Source: Chlorokybus atmophyticus
Taxonomy: Eukaryota > Plantae > Mesostigma and Chlorokybus algae
Direction of reading: 5' to 3'
NCBI GenBank assembly: GCA_009103225.1
Contig: RHPI01001020.1
Location: 43,504-107,503, forward strand
DNA length: 64,000 bases
How positions within the stretch are numbered: the first letter of the stretch is position 1; every line of letters starts with the position of its first letter. The notes under the pieces were generated by a model. It had not been told where the DNA came from and ran no database searches. It saw only the letters and a program-made list of their open reading frames with translations. This document shows, in pieces, positions 23,050 through 36,917 of this stretch. The translations under genes and the position numbers were made by a program.

Positions 23050-26000
23050 TGTGGAGATCAGTTGCTGCTTTGCATCAAATCGTTGCCATAGGTCCGCGCA
23101 CGGGTACTGCAGTCATCTCCCCCACCACTATGTATTGCCTGCTCGTGTCACTTTTCCTGGTCCTCCGTCTGCTGCTGTGATTCGCACCATTAGCCGACAA
23201 GCTGAGTCATCGAAAGCAGCGGTGATCATTATGGACAAAACAGCTGAAGAGATTGCCGCTCTGATGTCGGCTCAACAAGACCGAGTGAGCGCATGGCCAT
23301 GTTGTTGTAAATACATCAACTCACAGCGGAAGACATAGGTGTGAGTCTGCATCCTACCCCTGGCCGCGCGGCAACTTTCGGTCGCACAACGTCCGCAGCA
23401 TCTGTCACTCTGCGTTCAGCCACCCTTGCCATCGATGTGGTCCGTTCCGTGTCTCCCCGTGCGGACTTGTACGCAGCTTTACAGCATACCTTTCCCCCGT
23501 CAACCATCTACAAGGTTGAAGAGCTGCGCCACTTTAGACGCTAGGCCAACGAGGACCCCTGCCAGGCATGCCCACATGGAAGGCTTGCTGTCGGATACAG
23601 ACTTTCGCGCGCTTATGAAAGAGCAAGCTCCAGTGGTGTACGTCTCTGACTCTCGAGCCGACGCTCCGCAACAGTGTTCGCATGACGCTGAATGGCAGTC
23701 ACGCGGGTACACATTGCAGCAAGCATCAGCAGCTGCAGTATCCATTTATGACCGACAAGTCTGAGAGAAGGCAGCGTTGGATGGCACCCGCACTGTCTCA
23801 CAGCTCTCAGCCCCACCAGTATTTGAGCCAAGCCGTAGAGAGCGTACCTACGAGGCCGCCATTAAAAAGGACCATCTCGTGCAGCTCACGCCGCTCTGGC
23901 TGCTCCAGTGCTATGTCATATGTTAACGGCACGTTCATTATAAAAAGGGATGCACTAAGTAATACGCTGCTCTGGTATATAATTACTACCACAAGACTGG
24001 TCATTTGAAAATAGTGTGCTATGTCAAGTTCCTGGAGTTGAGGCCGAACAACTGATTCAACAACAACAACAACAATGCCAACTACGACAACGCGGGAGCC
24101 CGCAAAGAGCCAGCGGCTATCGGCAAGAACTGCCCACGGCGTCAGGCCAACACCGCTCGCCCCCGCGCTGCTGCTGCTGTACTACAATTGCTAGCAACTA
24201 AGGCTCCAGAAGCTGCAATTGCCATGGCAGCACGCATTCTGGAGCTGAAAATGCAGCTCAAGGCCCGAGATGATGACTTTTAGCCTAAAAAGTTTTAGGC
24301 CTGCTACTCTGCTTGCTAGGCGTTGTCTGGTCGACGATGCCGCAGCTCTCTAGACTCAAAGAGCGCGAGGACAAAGCGCAAGCAGATTGGGACGCTCTTG
24401 CCACAGTGGCAGCAGCTGCTGCAACCACTCAGGGTGCCTCCTTAGCAGCTTTCGGCGACGGCCCGTCGACAACAGGTCAGCCCACTGCTGCAACCACACT
24501 AGCTTCGGTAGCAGGCACCACCCTGTCAGCGCAGAAGCTGCCCTTGCCAAAGCACTCGCTGAAGCAGCTGAGCCCAACTCAGAACCAACTAGTACGAGTG
24601 AGTCCTCACTCTTGCTCTCGGCCACAACCATGGCGACTCCTGTCGTCGTGCCCATATCTGTGGGCACAAGCACCCCCACGCCAATGTTGCAACCCTGCCA
24701 CTACTGCTGCTCAGACCTCCACCCTAGCCGCCATCCACACACAGTTGGCAGGACCAACGGTCTCCAACTCGGCTGTAGCAGCAGCAGCCGCCATTGCAGC
24801 CTCAATTCTATTGTTGCCTGCAGGCCCGACAACCATTTCCGCGGTCACACGCCACAACGCGTAATTGCTACCCTCACTGGTTCAGCAACCAGGAGCACAA
24901 TCCACTCACGAGTTCTTACCTGCACTAATACCCAACATGAAAGACCAAACCCGAGAGGATGAGGTGTTGGCAGGAATGGGGGTGCCGCTGGCTTAACGCA
25001 ACTTGTGCGGGTTTGCATTCTCAGACCCAAACATATCCATCGACGCGCTCGCCATGTCTTGGACGGTGTGAAACCAAAGGGACGGGGCTTCACAGCAACC
25101 GGCACCACAGCGATCGCCACGACAAGACCCGTCCAACCTGGCCTACTACGACGACCTTACGCAGGCACGTAGCGCTGCAATACATGCATAGCAACCACAC
25201 CATTGGGTATAGATCCCGAGCTGCGCCGTATATCCTTTGAGAACCATGTTCGGCCATAATATGCCCTTGACACTGCTTATCAGTGGCGGATAATACAGAA
25301 GCGGGCAGTCCGGCAAGATCGTCACGCAACATGGATAGACTACAAGCAGCAATGGCAGAAGGGAACGGGATACGAGTCTCCGGACTCAATGGTAGAAAAA
25401 TAAGAGTGGAAATCCGTCGTCATCCTCACGCCCGCACAGCAAGCTGCCTTGGAACAGCGTAATGCCCCCGTGCTAGAGCGCTACTTTTAGGAGTCTCTTT
25501 GATTCCTAATTGCCAACATGTCGAGTCACATCCCGGTCAACATCGCATGCCTAAAAATGGGAACTTCTAGACCACAACAGGGTTCACACACCGCTGGGCA
25601 CTCGGGTTGATTGAAGAACATCAGCGAGTACAGCTGCTACGACAGGTGATGCGCCAGAAGCTACAACAACCTCCCCCAGCCGGCGTCAACTTTTGAGCTC
25701 TGCTCGACAAGCACCACAACACCGACAATCGTGCGCACTTGCTCGCCTTGTTGTTCGCTCACCATCCCCTATACCCTTGCGTTTCTTCCGCTCTTGCCCG
25801 AAGTGGCTTCATGCTTTTGCCCGCTCAGTCCGGCAAGCATACGATGAGGTGGCAACCCTAGTCGACATAGACGCACCCAACGGGGTGGCTAAGGCCATTG
25901 CCCACTTGTCTCGGCCGGAGTATGCATGGCAGATTGATCGCGTCACCGCCGCTCGCGACATTCGCTGGGCTCACCACGACACGCAAGGCACGCTGTGAGC

Positions 26001-29000
26001 CAGAGCAATGGTCATCCTCGATGTGGGCCTCACCAATAATCGTTGGGATGCATGCAATCGCAATGTGCTGGGAGCAACCGTTGCCAACGACACCCGTGAG
26101 ATGCTGATGAGAGCTTTTTATCTACCGATGCTAAAAATAGAGCTGTACGAGGACCACCACTATGAATTGACTGCCACGTGGGAAGGCATGATAATTTGGA
26201 AGGCGGCCCACGCATGTCTCTTCAGGGCAGCCAGGTTCACAATGAGACAGCTCCTCCTCCAACACCAGGGATGAATGCTCCATACGTCCCGCGCCCAGCC
26301 TCATCATCATCATCACCTGCTCCGTCTTCCTCGACGCGCGAGGCTTTCCACCCAAGAAGAGGCATGGTCGCACGGAGAGTGCCGCCGCATCCACCAGTTC
26401 TTAACGACAGCACTGCATATCGGTCTAACGGCCGTACCCAGGTCAATGCCAATGTGGACAACCTCGAGAAGCACATGCTGATCAACGGACGCGCACCTGG
26501 ACATGTCATATTGGATGGCGGAGCGCAGCTAGTGTTCGTGGGCAGATACTTTGTTCGGAGCTTCGGCATCGATCCCACCAATTTAAACCCCTGCCCATTC
26601 TCTTTCAGCACTGTCCTCGACAACGAACACGGAACACTCGCAAGAAGGCGTGCCCCATCACGCTGGTTGGCCTCAACCGTTCACACCACAGAGTGTACAC
26701 AGCGTATGGTGGTCACCGACTCCCGCGACTACGACCTCAGTTTTGGGCAGGACTTCAGCTTCGTTGTCAGCATCGGCACTGACAGACGGACGGCAAAAGC
26801 TTGATTTTGGCCGCAATGGCGCAATGGCGCGCGCAATGTTAAAGGCTACCTACCGGTTGACTTTGTGCTCGCCTCAGGCTCGCAGCGACATATAGCAGCA
26901 GTGGGTCTTACCGGCACCGGTCGCATGCCCTATAGGGTAGCTACGACAATGCTGACGCAGCAGCCACCTTAAAGGTGGCCTTGCAGGATCTTGCAGAGCG
27001 ATGTAACGACGCGTTGATCACGACGTATTAGCTGCTTCAGCAACACCACGCACCCACACGATCACCAATCATTGTGGCGCTTAATACCATTCATGAGCAA
27101 TTTATTATAGCCACCGGCGTGGTCGAGTTTCACACCTGTTGCCGGCAACAAGGTATCACACTCGTTGAGCTGTTCGGAGGGTCGGCAATGGCTTGGCAGT
27201 CGTTTTGAAGACCGGTGCTAAAATCAACCATTACCACTACTGTGACCCTGACCATGTAGCACAGACGTCGGTGCATCATCACCTACGCCAACTGCATGAC
27301 CGCTACCCACAACAGCTTCCATTGTCAGCCCTGCAAGGCAGCTTAAAAGCTCTGCCACAGGGCATTCGGCTGATAATTGAAGACCATTTGCGGGCTCTCA
27401 GCAACGTAAATTTTTCAACTGCAAACTGAGAGTGTCAGGGCCATTCGCGAGCTGGCATCAGATGCGGCTTGCAAGGCCCCAATTCCGGTCTGCTTTGAGA
27501 ACCAATGCAAGTTATACACCTACTGCAGCACCACCGGATCCGCAGACCCCTAGCCTACATTGTGGAGAATGTGCACTCCGGCGCCGAGGCGAAGCAACGT
27601 GCAGCAAGACTTCTGCATGGTCTGTTCAAACTTATGCCACCCAACGAAGGTCAACGCCGCACGCCATGGCTCACGCGCGCATCGCATTTGAGGCAAGTGG
27701 ACAAACCTGGCCACCATGGAAGAACTCAGCCTGGCAACCCACTGTTCGGCCACGCGATGAATAACTTGTTGGCCGATGATATTCTCGATCCCGGCCGCAC
27801 GTTGCAACCAGTTACCAGCCTTGACCACAAACACTTCTACCCTTGCAATTAACCTGGCGATCCTCGTCGCGTACTGCCAACTTTTGTATTACACCATACT
27901 TTCTATGCCTTCCGCGACAATGGCGATGGCATGGTCTTTGACATCGCCATTAGCAAGCTGGACAAATTAAATACTTGAAGCGAGATCGTGCCATGGGCTT
28001 CTACGCAGGCAGCATCACCAGTTGCGTGGTCACAGCATGGTGTGGCTTTAAGAGATGTATTTCGCGATGCAAAATCAACATGTGACTTTAGAGGATCTGG
28101 AATACATGTTTGGGTGGTATGCTGATCGCCCACAGGGCACCGTTCAAGCCCACAATGCAATGGAGACAGCCTTCATAAAGGAACAGGCGGCAGTCACGGT
28201 GGAAGACATTTCTGTCACAGCTACGGCAACTTCTTGGGACCACGCCATTGGACCCCTGGCTACATGAAACATTAAGACAAAGCTGGAGACTCTGCTGAAC
28301 AAGTGGAGACAACAACTCAGTTCCAATGTTCAGGAACTGGGCAAGTGCTCAATATACCAGATGGACATTGAGCTGATTAACGACGAGCCCATGTTTCGGC
28401 GCTGATACAAGCTCCCCAAGCTAGAGGAAGACTTGGTGGACCAGTGCTGCCAAGCACTCGTGGAGCTAGGACTCATCGAGGAGTCAGCATCCAACTTCGC
28501 TGCTGCTATTGACATGCCTTTGAAGAAGGACTCCAAAGGCAACTGAAAAGAACGGCGTATGCGTGGCGAATATTGGCCACTCAACATTAAGATCAAACAG
28601 GACAAGTATCCCACGCCCGCTGTCGAAGGGAATCTCGACAACATCAGGTCATGCACAATGTTCAGCATTTTCAACATGCGGCAAGGCTACAATCAGATCC
28701 TGATTTAGGAAGAAGACAAGCAGAAGACTGCCTTCAGGGGCAACCGGCAACCGTACCACTGAAAGGTCCTGCCATTGGGGCTGAAGATTGCTCCAGCCAA
28801 ATTTCAATGCGTGATGCACAAGGCGCTGAAGGGATGCGCCTTCGCGCGATGCTACGTCAATGATATCCTCATTTTTAGCGAGACCGCAGAGTATCACCTG
28901 CTTCACATCGAAGAGATGTTGCGGCGAGTGCAGGCTGTTGGCAAGACAGTCCACCCCGACAAGTGCATCTTCTTCACTCATAAGGTGCCCTACCTTGGGC

Positions 29001-31270
29001 ACATGATCGTCCCCAACGGCGTATACACTCGCGTCCATTCAAGGTCACACCAATCTCACATGGTTGCGAGCTTTCCTCGGCCTCGCCAACTATGATCGAC
29101 GCTTCATAAAAGACTTTGCCATGATCGCTTGTCCTCTTAAGGAGCTGCTCAAGAAGGAGACAGCATTGGAGTGGACCGAGGCACAACAGAACGCTTTCGT
29201 TAAGTTGAAGAATAGGCTCGCGACGCCCCCGACACTGCAGCATCCGAACTGCAGCAAGCCGTGCGTAATGCACACAGTTTGGAGCAAGCTTGGCATGGGT
29301 GCCGTGCTAATACAGCACAATGAGCAAAAGAAGGAGCGTATGGTCTCGTACGCCAGCCGCAGTAACAACAGCGAAGAGACCACTTGCAGTAGCTATGAGG
29401 GAGAGTGTCTCGCTGCCGTCACGGTGTGGGCAATCCTCTTCTTTCGGCCCTTGCTCTTTGCTCGTCAATTCAAGCTTATCACCGACCAGTAACCCTTGCG
29501 CTGATAGACGACGAATCAGCACCTAACCGGCAAGCTTGCAAGGTGGGCTCTGCTGCAAGAGTATGACTTTGCAATCGAGCACCGGGCCGACCTCGCCAAC
29601 CAAGACGCCGACGGGCTCAGCCGCAATCCTTATCTGTCTACCAACAATGCCACAGGAGCAAGACACGAGCTGGGTCTCCCAGCCCCTGCGCCACATCTGG
29701 CTACTATGTTCGTTGTAGCAGCATTGAGCTCAGGACGCGCCACCTTTGGCAAGGGAGTAGTCACTACCGCCCCATTGAACAATGAGGACAGCAGCGATGA
29801 GGGGCTGTACGACGGTATGCCAACACCCGAGACCTGCATCCCGGCGACAGCCCCCTCGGCCATGCCAGCTTCTTGCAGGCTGGACATCGGGCTGGACGCC
29901 CACTGCATTATTAATCGAAAAACCACTGTCCTACCTTCAGGCCTTAGCGCATGAGAGGGGGGCCGCGTCAACTAGCGCTGCAAACATTATCGCTGGGAAG
30001 ACGGCTTTCTCTATCACCGCAACCAAAGGGAGGACAAGGAGGTGCCCGCACTTTACCTACACGAAGGCATCATCTCCACTCTGCACACGGAGCTTGGTCA
30101 TTTTTGCGCAAACGGACTGTCGACCTTGACCGTGCGCAGTACTGGTGGCACGGGTTGTACACGCAGATTTGCACTTTTGTGGGCAACCGCTCACAATGCG
30201 ACCTCGTGCGCGCCAGTCTTAATACTAGGAGCGTCACCCTACGACCGTACCCATCACAAGCATATTCTACCGTTGGAGCCTGGACATCCTCGGCGATCTG
30301 TCCCCTTCAGCCGAAGGCAACAAGTACACTCAAGTGATCATTGAGCACTTCTTCTCTAAATGGGTGGAGCTGGTACCCCTACCCGACAAAAGCAAGGGGG
30401 TAGCTCAAGCTTTCTCGATTGCGTTCTCAATCGCTTTGGCTCGTGCGCCGAGGTACTCACTGATCAGGGCTTGGAGATTGGAGGCAAGTTCAATATATTG
30501 CTGGACCACGTGTACATCAATCACCGACGCACTTCTTGTGATCACCCTCAAGCCGATGGCCTCGCACAGCGAGCTGTCCAAACTATTATGAAAGCCCTCC
30601 GTAAGTACGTCGTTGTGCACTAGAAGCGCAGCCAGGACGACTACTTGCCTTGAATTGCTCTCGGCTATCACCTCTCCAAGCATGCGGCACTGCGGCAATG
30701 CAACCCCTACCATCTGCTCCTTGGACGCGAGCTTCTCCTTCCGTTCCGCGCACACCGAAGTCAAGCGCGTATTGAACAACCTCGACGACCCCGACCAGAT
30801 GCATTGGGACTTGCTGGCCCGCGCCGAGCTGTTGAAGCATCTCATCCCCATGGCGTTGGGCAACTTACGCACAGCCCAGCAACGTGACACGCATGGCTAT
30901 GAGCGGGTGCGCAATGGCTTCTACAAGCAGCGCAGTCGCAGGTTCGAGATCGGTGATTCTGTGTGCCGTATAACGAAGACTCAGGACACCCTGGATATCA
31001 GTGTCCGCCGTACCAACTACAAGGTACTGAAGGTGCTGCCCTCGGGAGTGTTGGATCAGCTAGGACAAGACGGCGTCCGTGTGAAGGACAACATGGAAAA
31101 CTGCGCGCCTTGCCATCTGCCACACGTCACTGATTTTGCCGTCGTTCAACACCCTCGTCCTCTCCGCAGCCTACGGTGCGAGACGTCTGTGCCACGACAA
31201 CCTTACAGCCTACACCTTGGACAGCCTGCTCGAGGTCGTCTTTCCCTCGAGGACACCCGGCCCAACAAGA
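23050..31270 (+). mobile_element. Decayed Ty3/gypsy retrotransposon with order gag-like / PR / C5-DNA methyltransferase / RT / RNase H / IN; LTRs not identified
   Basis: Protease ILDGGA (26508); RT motifs (ERRM..EY.PLN, FNMRQGY, LKIAPAKFQ, YVND at 28853); RNase H (RAFLGLA, YEGECLA, LITD); integrase (WSLD..GNKY..IEHF.SKW, LTDQG). Many stops and frameshifts; left boundary approximate. Confidence 0.88.
27140..28050 (+). pseudogene. Cytosine-5 DNA methyltransferase domain inside the Ty3 pol (decayed)
   Basis: Ordered motifs: I LVELFGG (27161-27181); IV N*ECQGHSRAG (27427); VI YIVENV (27556-27573); VIII GSRAHRI..WTNL (27668-27709); IX RDRAMGF (~27980-28003). Confidence 0.85.
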
Positions 31271-32034
31271 CCTCTCTCTATTATATAAAACACATGCAAG
31301 ACCAAAACGGGTGTCCATGCCTATCAACCACACTTAAAAACTGCTAAGCACACACACAGCGCACAAAACACAGCGTACAACAGTGCAGCACTAACTGCCA
31401 GCTTCAGCAGCCCCAGCAAGTGCCGCTTCCGCCACCGCCGTGAGTATCGCTGGCTGTAAAGGTGCCCACCATGCATAGAACACGCTAGAAGCACGATTGG
31501 TACATAGCATGCAGGCAACCGCAACCATTGGTACGTTCACCACCGGGCTCACCTTCTCTACCTGAGCTACCACAAACACCACTCTGTGCGTACGATATCA
31601 ATGACATGCATGTATGGCATCAGCGCGGTATGTGCAGACGATTTCGGCCATCAGGTGTAGAAGGTTGCTATGGAGTGGACATCAAACAAATAAGATGGGC
31701 AGCATGAGAGAAGGCATTGCAAGAGCAGCTGATTGTTCACTTCCGCAGTTGACAGCCACTCTGTGCAGGAAAGAGGACTTGCTTTATAATCTTATACATT
31801 GATCCTGTTTCCTGGAAAGAGGCGGTGTGCTTGAGATTGAACATAAATGGCAGCGTTACAAAATCCTACAAAGCACAAGCAACACCTCTGGTAGCAAGTT
31901 ACATAGAGGTTGCCAACGACCTGTTCACCACTATAGACAAAGCATGCGTGGGGAAGTACCAGTGGTACTGTACCACGTATGTGTTCGTGATGCCTCTATT
32001 GGAGCCGAGGAGCCCCACGCCTGTAGTGCGCACA

Positions 32035-33978
32035 CTACCTGCGGTGGCGGCGCTGCTTTCGCATGTGCTTTGCATAGTGCGCGGTGTAGAAGCCCGCATG
32101 GTACCACGCCAGCAGCAGCTCGGCTAGATGAGGGTCGTCCGGTAGCGTCGACGGCAGAAGGTGAAGTGCTGCCTTGGGCAGCGTAGCGCCATCTGGACAC
32201 CCCAACCACGTTGTATGAGCGCGGCGAGCACCATATGTATGTGCGCATGCTGTGTACGTGTGCACACATGGTTGCATGCACATGTCCAAGTCTGCATGCA
32301 TGCGCACGAAAGCCAATGCATGTCCTTGTGTATGCGTGTGGGCATTTGAGTCAGTGTACATGTTGGCGTGCAAGCATAAGCCCGTGTGACTCAGTCCCAT
32401 GCAAGCACTCACTGCTAGCCAACTCCCAGATAGGCCAACAGTGAGTAACAGATTGACTCACAACTCCAGTACCTGCTGCATATAGGCCATCCGGCTGGGC
32501 CATATCGCCACCATAAGGCGGCATGCTGAGCTCGGCGGGTGGGTACGCCGGGTTGATGCTGGGCGGGAAAGCATCATAGGGAGGTATGGGTGGCACATCA
32601 TACCCATATTCGTAGGGTGGGTAGGGCAGCCCCGGCGGGTACACATAAGAGCGGTATGGCTGAAAGCCCGGGTCAGGCATGAGGTACGGGTAGGACAAAT
32701 AGCCCGGGTAAGGTGGGTAGGGTGGGTATGGCGGTGGATAACACGGGTAGTCGCCAGGGTACGGGTACGGCGGTTGCGGCCCGTAATAATCCGTCTGGCT
32801 TGTTGACGGGTCCGTTGGCGGTGGTGCAGCTTCACCTCCATACTCTGCATTCCCTAGCGCTGCGGCATCTTGCGACCTGCATTGTGAATTGTTGTACGGA
32901 CTTTGCAAGTTGTCCTCCATGTGTTGCGCAGCGGCCTGGTGGTACGCCCTGCAAGCAACATGCACAATGTGTTTATGATGGCGCCCACCTTGCCAACAAG
33001 TTGGACTGGTTAAAGCCAGATTGTAAGTTGACTCTGGTGAATGACTAACTGCAGCTGATTGCAACCATGCAAAAGGCATGCAAGCATGAACTAGACTTGA
33101 CTCACGAGACAGTGTCAATGCACGCATGGATATGTTCGTGATGTGCACTCACTCAGCGACATTTGTAATCAAACAACACTCCCAAACAACACTCCTTTCG
33201 CTCTCTCACCTTTCGCTTCTGCCAAGTGAGGCGTAAGGGCCCTCCGATGAGGACTGCTCTTCTTCGCCATGCATGTCAGCGACGGCTGCGGATCTACTCT
33301 GCGAAGCGCTGTGCGTTTCGTCTTTTGACACGGCCTCGTCATTTTCATCATCTTCATCATCGAAGTCGCCCTCGCCGGGGGCGACGGGATCATCCGATAC
33401 GTTACTGCGCCAGGAGGGGCTTTCCGCACTGCTGCGAGAGCAAAGGTTGGATTATGACATGCCCTGTCCTGTACACTGCAACGCGCATTGTGCAGTGTTG
33501 CGTGTGCCATAGTGACAATGCCCAAACTTGCTGTAGGTTCGATTCCAACAAAGTGCTTTCGTGAGTGTGTATGTTGGACTGTGAAACCAATCACGTCTCA
33601 AAGTACTACCTGAGGTAGTATGCGCTGTCATGTCAAGTGTTTTTATGTATGTCTTTTATGCGACCTGTTTGCTGAAAATGAAAGTCCGCACTGTGTGTAT
33701 GAAAGTTTGGAGTACAGCCGAGTCGAGTGGTGTGGTTACCTGTGGTCTGGAGGGCAGGGGGAGGCGGCGTCGACGGGACAGGTGGCGGTCTCGCCGCTGT
33801 CGGCGTCCCCGCCGCCGTGCATAAGGTCATACCTGCGCACGGCGGCGTGGTAGGCGCGCACCAGGGCGGTGTCGTCCCAGGAAGCCTTCATGGTCGCCCC
33901 CTGCTTCTGCTGCGACTGCTGCCTGTGCTGCTCTCCCGGAGACACCACCGCAGGCGCCTCATCAGGCCTGCCCACCAT
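32035..33978 (-). CDS. SMN: Survival motor neuron (SMN)-like protein without a Tudor domain, spliced
   Basis: N-terminal WDDTALVRAYHAA (Gemin2-binding type), acidic then Pro/Tyr-rich linker, C-terminal LAELLLAWYHAGFYTAHY (YG-box type). The 3' end may extend to small exons near 31400-31570. Confidence 0.8.
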
Positions 33979-35582
33979 GTCTACAACCTTACCAACCCCT
34001 TTACCCCTTTATCCCTACCCCGCCTCCTCCCCGTCGTTCTCCTCCTCCACCGCCGCCGCCGCCGGCAAACCCTACTCGTCTGTCAGAAGTGCGCTTTTTT
34101 GCCGACAGTGGCAGCGACCAAAATATCTAGCGCGGGACCGTTAGGCGTTGTCAGTTGCCGACAGGTGCTTACCAGGTCAATCGCATCTTCATCAACTCCC
34201 TTATAAAGGCGCTCCCAATGATGACTGCGTAGGCCACGCATACCTCATCATGAGCTATCCCTTTTCCTGTACCAGTATGTGTCAGCTGTTCAGTTGCATT
34301 GTACTACCATGATGATAGTCTACCGGTAGGTGTTGCAAATACCCCTCGGCAGCAGAGGGATATTTGGCTCGGCACAGAGTTCATTCGTGTCACGCATAGC
34401 ATGATAGGTTAGTGGAGGAAGTTACTACTGATGTTGATTACGTCCTGTTGTCGACTGTGTAAAATCCGCTAAGCTGGCAGCTTGGAAAACTTGCAGGCTG
34501 TAGCATGTGCTTTTCTTGAGTAGTATAGGCTTTAGTTGCTTGACAATTGCTCACATCATACTACAACTACAGGAATATGTGCCGGTGAATGACTTACATG
34601 CATGAATGCATGTGTGTGAGCTTACGGCAGCTATTTTCAAGTCATATCAATGTCCGATGTGCGATGTTACTCAGCAAAAACAGCCTGTGACAGTGGACTA
34701 TATGTGTACTGAAAAACAAAGACGCTATTGTATTGTTGATATAGCCGGAACAAAACTTGTGAATAAAACCAAACATTTGTCAATGGACTGCACGCATGAA
34801 TAAAGCTACGAGTGTCTTATATAATTGTGTACATGTGCAATAAACATCTGAATCATTCAGCAGTAATTGTCAATAACAATCAATACCTGAACTCAATGCT
34901 GATACTGCTAGATTTAAGTGCATAATCACACCATTAACGCGTAGCACAACCATAATAAAACATGTCCAATGCTTTACCTTGTGTTAATCAGTATGTATGT
35001 CGTACATTTATTGATAATAACGAGACACTGCAATTTCAACATTTGTAGCTTCAGAAGCTACAAGCACTTGTAATGTAATAAGTTAAATGTCGTGTTACAT
35101 ATTTATATGTAATACATTATGTGGTTCGTATATACAACATCTATTACATTGATGTTAATATAATAACTTATCGTGCATTACACAAACTGACGGTTAAATG
35201 CCTCATCCTATAATTGATATGAGTAACGTTTGTGAAGAGTATACACATTAACCATGTATGATGTACCACATGATGCACATTTCTCATATTAAACTTAAGT
35301 ATCAGCATTTAATATAACATCAACATCTCAACTACAGATTTGCTTAAGCTAATATATAATACTTCCGTCAAGCAATTTGTGGATTAGTACTATTCTTAGT
35401 AAGGATAAAGATAAGATAACGATAATGATATTCGAAACATCTTACGCCATACATTTACAAGTACATGCAACGGGGCTACAATTCTCACACATAAAATCGT
35501 TAAAAACAAGTGGCCCACTTACTATGGTATGTTGTACCCGGAGTACGACATAAGTGAAGGTTGTAGGATGCTGAGAGGCGGG

Positions 35583-35828
35583 NNNNNNNNNNNNNNNNNN
35601 NNNNNNNNNNNNNNNNNNNNNNNNNNNNNNNNNNNNNNNNNNNNNNNNNNNNNNNNNNNNNNNNNNNNNNNNNNNNNNNNNNNNNNNNNNNNNNNNNNNN
35701 NNNNNNNNNNNNNNNNNNNNNNNNNNNNNNNNNNNNNNNNNNNNNNNNNNNNNNNNNNNNNNNNNNNNNNNNNNNNNNNNNNNNNNNNNNNNNNNNNNNN
35801 NNNNNNNNNNNNNNNNNNNNNNNNNNNN
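35583..35828. other. Assembly gap flanked by G tracts
   Basis: N run with G runs on both sides. Confidence 1.
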
Positions 35829-36917
35829 GGGGGGGAGGGCCAGGATGCATGCACACACTTATTACTTAAGGTTGCTTGAACTTGTGTCCTTTTATCCCTC
35901 ATTGGTATGCAATGCCTGCCCGTCTTGCATTGCATTGCACATAGTTAAAACCCCTTACAAAGCCCCTTGAGGATAGGGTAATTGGGTGAGGAGGTTTTGG
36001 CAGTGCATGCGTGCGCGTATAAGCAAATGCCTACACGCGTGTGTTTGAGTGTCTGCGCGTGTGTGTCTCTGCATGTGCGTGTGGGTGTGCGTGTGTGCGT
36101 GCGTGCATACGTGTGCAGATGGGCGAGTGCGTGCGTATGCAAGTACAAATGCTTGTGTGTGTGCGTGTTTGTCATAAGGTTACATTGTATGCTTTATTGC
36201 TTAATGCACTGTAGTTCGAAGCTGAATAGGAACTCCATTACATAACACACAAGGTTGCTATTAAGCAAACTCCAAGAGTGAGTGCAATGCAGTAGGGCAC
36301 AAGCAGATAGCAAGCACGCAGCAGACATGCAGACAAGTGCACATTCTGCTGATCTTGATCTGCCATACTTGCCTGTCCTATCTTGCACATACTTGCACAT
36401 AACAATCAGCCCCCATAATTGTTTTTTGCGTTGTTGGGGTCATCGTGCCATATTGGTTAGAGGCAGCTGGCATGATATGTCGCAGAGGTTTGAGTATATT
36501 GTTTCGTATATATCCACCACGTATTGCAATGACCGTTTATGTCATACTTTGTACCAACACCCATGCCTATTACATGCACAACACGGCCACAATGCTGCCA
36601 CACACATCACGGCGTGTCCTATGCTTGTCGTCTACACTAGCTTTCTTATGTGGTTGCTAGGTAAAAGTTGGGATGCAAAGATATGAAATTAGACTTGATA
36701 ATTTCCGCGACCCTCCATTTTGCCCTACAGATGTACATTATGTGTGTAACAGATGCACAATATTGCTGCAATCGCACATGGCAGCATACACCTTGTGGAT
36801 ATTGCTAAACTAGTCCACATAACACTTTGCCACAATACACCATCCCATATCTTAATGTTAAAATAACGTAGATGTCGTTACACCCTTGCATTCATTCTTA
36901 CTATGCTAATTAGCATC

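Noticed and set aside
31100-31270. PHD finger at the end of the DNMT element's integrase
   Set aside because: Only NCAPCHLP..LRCE remains; the other Cys/His ligands are missing, so it cannot be supported.
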